DNA of 40,466 nt. It comes from Paraspadella gotoi (taxonomy: Eukaryota > Animalia > Chaetognatha). Under the pieces are notes generated by a model. The model made no database searches, was not told the DNA's origin, and worked only from the letters and a program-made list of their open reading frames with translations. This document shows positions 35,199 through 40,466 of the stretch, in pieces; the first letter of the stretch is position 1, and every line of letters begins with the position of its first letter. The position numbers and the translations under genes are program-made. The DNA lies in the NCBI GenBank assembly GCA_051294375.1, contig CM119270.1:640727-681192 (forward strand), given 5' to 3'.

Positions 35199-37281
35199 CT
35201 GAAGGGCGATGAGGACAAGGGGAGATTAAATCCCTGGACAGTAAAAAGCAGTTTCTATCTCTCTTCCCCGCTTTTTTCTTTTCTTCTTCTATCTCTCTCT
35301 CTCTCTCTCTCTCCTCTCTTCTCTCTCTCTTCTCTCTCTCTCTCTGCTCGTCTCTCCATTCGCTTTTGACAGTTTTTCCTTTTACTCTATCTCAGTTTTC
35401 ACTTTCATATCTTTCAAAAACATTGATTTTTTTGACATAAAAAAGAAGGCAAAGCCAAGACGAAGGCAAAAAATTATTAGCATAGATAAATTCATACGAT
35501 ACAATAAAGAGATTGATAGAAGTATATAGATAAATAGTGATTGTACTATATAACATAAGACATAAAGATAGGAAGCAGTTAGATAGATAGATTTGCAAGA
35601 TAGATAGTTAATATACGATAAAGAATAGATGATAGCATGCCTTATTAACAAAAAAAGGCGAAAAGAAAAGAAAGGAGAAGCGAGTAAAAATGAAAAAAGA
35701 TAGAGGAACTAAGTATCGGTTTGCAGAAAAGAAAGAAGATGCAGAGGATAGATGTTGATGCAGAAATGAAAGATTAAGGTGAGAAGAGGTAGAGTGGAAC
35801 AAAGTCAAGGAGGGGCGGGCGGTGGTGAGGAGGAGAGATGGGGATAGCCCGGCTGGAAGGGAGAGAGGAGGAGGGGAGAAGAAGGGAAGAGAACGCGAAC
35901 ATCCCGTCTCCATCGGGTCGCATATAGCAGTTTAGAGCGCCCTGAACGGAATGAGCTGGAGTGACGATGAGAGGAGAAGGCATAGAGATGAGCAGACTGA
36001 GAGAGAGAGAGAGAGAAGAGAAGAGAGAGAGAGAGCAGAGAGAGGAGAGAGACAGACACTTTTTTGGGCGCGGTCATTCTCTCTCTGCTGCTCCTCTCTC
36101 ATTCTCTCTTTGACAGAAGTGAGTCAAACATGAATTTTCACACTTGAAGATTTTGCGTCGCCCGGAATGAGCGTGGAGAGAAGGGGGGGGGGCGGTTGAG
36201 GGCAGAGGGGGGCGGTAGGGGGGAGTGAGGGGAAGAGTNNNNNNNNNNNNNNNNNNNNNNNNNCGCACGTCGCAGCCATGGACTATACGCCTAGCACGGC
36301 TAGCCCCGTCTCGCGAGGGTGCGCAAGTCCTCAAAAAAGTGCCAGATTCAGATCGATTTTTCATGAATACATGAAAATCATCGGGCCTTACTCGTCGGGC
36401 CGGAAGATAGAGAGAGGAGAAGAGAGAGAGAGAAGAGAGAGAGTAGAGAGAGAGAGAGAAGAGAGAAGAGAGAGAGAGAGAGAGAGAGCTGAAGGGCGAC
36501 GAGAAAGGGGGTAGATTGAAATCCCTGGACAAGTAAAAAGCAGTTTCTATTTCCCCTCTCTACTGACTTCCTCCCTTTTCTTCTGCTCTCTCTCTCTCTG
36601 CTCTCTCCTCTCTGCTCTCTCTCTCTCTCTCTCTCTCTGCTGCCTCTTCTCTCCATTCGCTCTTTGACAGTTTTCCTTTTACTCTACTCAGTTTTCACTT
36701 TGCATATCTTTCAAAAACATGATTTTTTTGACATAAAAAAGAAGGAAAGCAAGGAGAAGGCAAAAAATTATTAGATAGATATAATTCATAATACAATAAA
36801 GAGATTGATAGAATATATAGATAACATAGATTGATATATAAATAGACATAAAGATAGGAAGCAGATAGATAGATCAGATAGTTACTAGATAGATAGGATT
36901 AGATGCTTATAACAAGAAAGAGAATAGCATCTTATAAAAAGGCCGAAAAGAAAGCAAAGAGAAGGCGAGTAAAAATAAAAAATGAAGAGGAAACTTATAT
37001 CGGTTTGGCAGAAGAAAGAGAGAAAGGATAGTAAAGTTGAGCGAGAAAATGAAAGATTAAGGTGAGAAGAGGTAGATGGAACAGAAGTGAAGGGGGGCGG
37101 GCGGTGGCGAGAGAGGAAAGATGGGGAAGCTCCGGTGGATAGGGAGAGAGAGAGGAGAGGGAGAAGAAGGAAGGAACGCGACATCCCGTCTCCACGCGGT
37201 CGAATATACAGTTTAGAGCCGACCCTGAACGGAAATGAGCTGGGGTGAGAGAGAGAGAAGAAAGAGAGAGAGCAGACTGAT

Positions 37282-37328
<47 letters not shown>

Positions 37329-37526
37329 AGACACTTTTTGCGGCACCGCCCGTCCCAGGGGGACCGCCATGTCAGGGGCTCCGCTGCCAGAGGGGTGCCA
37401 TGCCGGGGGCTACGGTGCCAGAGCGGCTGCGGTGCCTCGCCGCAACGAAGGGATCTTGAAATTGTCAAGAGAATATCCTTTGCCTCATTTCCCATGTTTA
37501 TGGAAAAGAATTTCGTCCTATCTAAT

Positions 37527-37557
<31 letters not shown>

Positions 37558-38173
37558 ATCTCGTCTCATCTTCGTCTCTCTGTCTTCTCATCCGGCTCAG
37601 TCTTCCATCTCGTCTAATCTGCGTGCTCCTTCTTTCTGCCTCTCGCTCATGCATCACTCCTCTCTCGATCTCCTCTCTATCTCTATCGTCTCTCTCTCCG
37701 TGTCTTTCTACGCATCTCATCTCTCTCTCTCTAAACTGAAATTTGTTATGCGAGGTCATAAAAACATGGTTCATCAAGGATTTGGGTTTAAAACTGCAAA
37801 ACCAATATAAGAATGATGAAAGATCTTCAAAGTTAAATTTCGGTCCTCGCTCCTCCGTCTCTCTCTCTCTTCTCTCTCCTGCTCCCTCATCTCTCTCATC
37901 CTCTCTCCCTTACTTATTTCATTTTCTCTTCCTCCGTCTCTCATATCTCGCCTCTCATCTCCTTCTCCTCTCTCTCGTCTCCGATCCTCTGCTCTCCATC
38001 TTCCTTCTCAGTCTCTCTCTCATCTCTATCTACTCTTCTGCATCTCGCGAGTCTCCCATCCGCTCTCTCTCTCGGCTTCATCTCTCCTCTCTCGCTCTCG
38101 CCACTTTCCTCTGGCGGTCTCACTCTCCCTCGCTCCTCTCTTCTCTCCNNNNNNNNNNNNNNNNNNNNNNNNN

Positions 38174-38210
<37 letters not shown>

Positions 38211-38223
38211 CCACCAATCACTC
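34399..38223. repeat. Long inverted repeat (about 34399-34990 vs 37341-38223) around an internal block duplicated across a 25-N gap (about 34975-36070 vs 36264-37345)
   Basis: Reverse-complement matches at gtgattggtggacgg/ccgtccaccaatcac, aattagataggacgaaattcttttccataaacatggg/cccatgtttatggaaaagaatttcgtcctatctaatt, and the GC-rich core. Confidence 0.75.
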
Positions 38224-38819
38224 TCTCTTTTGTGAATAAAATTGAAATAATGAATTTGAAATTAGCTGAATTTTTTTGTTTGTGATCTTTATTACAGGTA
38301 ATGGGGGTAATATCTAAATATCTAAATATCTAACTAAATTTATTTATAACAAACAAACAGGATCAGAGGCAAGAGTGATTTTGATCCGTTTAGGATTTTG
38401 GTGAGATTGACCTCCTGCGATGATATATATATAGATATATATATATAAATAATTTTTTTTTTTTAAAATACAAGGTAAACCAATTTATCGAAAAACTTTA
38501 GGCTCAAAAACCTTTTCTTAAAGAAGCACAAAACAGAAAAGAGATTAAAACCCAAAGGTTATTTCTATCCTATTTCTTTTCTATTTTATTTCTATCCTTT
38601 TATTCATCAAAAATACTACAATTATTGTATGAATATTTTTATTTCCTGAAAATTCTTTTATCAATTTCCTAATGAACGAGTGTTTTACGTTTCTGGTTCT
38701 ACTTTAAATCTGTGAAACAAAAACGTCTTTATTTCCAAAGTTAAGAGAGTGAAAATTAGAAATTCTAATCGTCTCGTAATATCTTTAATGTCTTCCTTTT
38801 ATGCATCTCTCTCTCTCAC

Positions 38820-38951
<132 letters not shown>

Positions 38952-38983
38952 GATTGACAAGCCCTAATGACCATACTCCCCCT

Positions 38984-39017
<34 letters not shown>

Positions 39018-39219
39018 GCCTTAGATTAGCGAACTCCACAGTCTGGACCGTCTGATAATTTTTGAATGAAGGCACCAACTATTCTGTCCCTTTGATTCTT
39101 CAAGTCAGAATTTTTCTGAGAATCGAATTGAATATTTAAATATACTTTCTCTCTGAATTTTTTTTTTTGAGCTATTTTTTCCAAAAGCACCCCAATTCTG
39201 ATCCTTAAAGACTTATCTT

Positions 39220-39335
39220 TAATCATAATCCCTAATCCTAACCTAATCTTTAATACTAATCTCTAACTTAAATTTTAAATCTCTAACCTAAATGCGAAAT
39301 TTAGAAAAAAATGGGTCGTTATGGGAAAATAGGAT
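39220..39335. repeat. Short relative of the minisatellite-plus-flank repeat at 1-570
   Basis: taatccctaatcctaacctaat units followed by aaaatgggtcgttatgggaaaatagg, compared with aaaatggggcgttctgggaaaataagg at about 540. Confidence 0.55.
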
Positions 39336-40341
39336 TTTTTTTTCTTCTTCTTTAAAAAGTCAGATTTCAATAATTTAAACTCATAATCTTTCTTTTTTTT
39401 TTATTTCTCCCTTTTTCTTTTTTTTTTNNNNNNNNNNNNNNNNNNNNNNNNNNNNNNNNNNNNNNNNNNNNNNNNNNNNNNNNNNNNNNNNNNNNNNNNN
39501 NNNNNNNNNNNNNNNNNNNNNNNNNNNNNNNNNNNNNNNNNNNNNNNNNNNNNNNNNNNNNNNNNNNNNNNNNNNNNNNNNNNNNNNNNNNNNNNNNNNN
39601 NNNNNNNNNNNNNNNNNNNNNNNNNNNNNNNNNNNNNNNNNNNNNNNNNNNNNNNNNNNNNNNNNNNNNNNNNNNNNNNNNNNNNNNNNNNNNNNNNNNN
39701 NNNNNNNNNNNNNNNNNNNNNNNNNNNNNNNNNNNNNNNNNNNNNNNAAAAAAAAAATCGGGGTCAGTCGACGTGACGGCTGCTGCGCCGCGGCTACTGC
39801 CGGGTCTCGCTGCGGCGAGCAGCCGCTGCTGCTGAGGATTCTGATTTAAATATTTTCTTCTGCTCGCGAATTAATGAGTCGGAAACGAGTCTGGCGATTG
39901 GACCGAGGCTGAGTTAAGGTGAGGTTAAGATTTAGTCGTTGGGATTTAAAATTTGAGGTCGGGATTTGGTTTTTAAAGTTATGGAATGGCCATGAGGTGT
40001 TAAGATTTATAATTTTTTAATTTTAGTCAGAATTTGATTCTAGTGTTATTGATTGGCCGTTTTAGGTTGGGATTTAACATTTTTAGTATAGAATTCCATT
40101 TTAAATTAAATTCAGCAAAAATGATGTCAAGTGTAACAAAATCTCTCTCATCATTTTTTATGCATACAAAACTCAAAAGTACAGTAAAATTCCCGATATT
40201 TAAATCTAAAATCAAGTTTGATGCACCAAACTTTGCCCATGAGAGCCCAACACCATGATTTCGTGAGTTATGATAATTTCTCCTGAATTTGGTTTAAAAA
40301 AGGTTCCCACTTTTCAAAAGGTGGGCGTTGGACTCTCTCTC

Positions 40342-40375
<34 letters not shown>

Positions 40376-40466
40376 CTCTTCTCCATACAATTTCTTCTCC
40401 GATTTATTTATATTTCTCGGAATTTTGCCTTAAGCTCTGGCTAGAGAGAGAGAGAGAGAGAGAGAG

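Overview
AT-rich, microsatellite-dense eukaryotic (probably invertebrate animal) genomic DNA from a noisy long-read, gap-filled assembly. Five gaps are exactly 25 N, and most sit between or inside near-identical, indel-riddled duplicated blocks that are probably assembly artefacts. Almost all ORFs in the supplied track are (CT/GA)n translations. Manual reading finds five things. (1) Two diverged minus-strand paralogs of a five-exon gene for a small secreted protein I do not recognise (about 110 aa at 18048-19783 and about 101 aa at 20983-23623). The signal peptide is conserved, while the mature region differs almost only by amino-acid-changing substitutions. (2) Several minimal type I hammerhead ribozyme motifs of the Penelope-like-element kind, two of them built into long inverted repeats. 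(3) A TA-flanked, internally deleted Tc1-type transposon with intact TIRs. (4) A Helentron/DINE-1-like non-autonomous element, a 73-bp MITE-like insertion and tRNA-derived fragments. (5) Several minisatellites. No rRNA, intact tRNA or CRISPR array was seen. The best candidates for something new are the fast-evolving secreted peptide family, whose paralog A has an in-frame Ser/Glu ORF just behind its stop codon, and the hairpin-embedded hammerheads.
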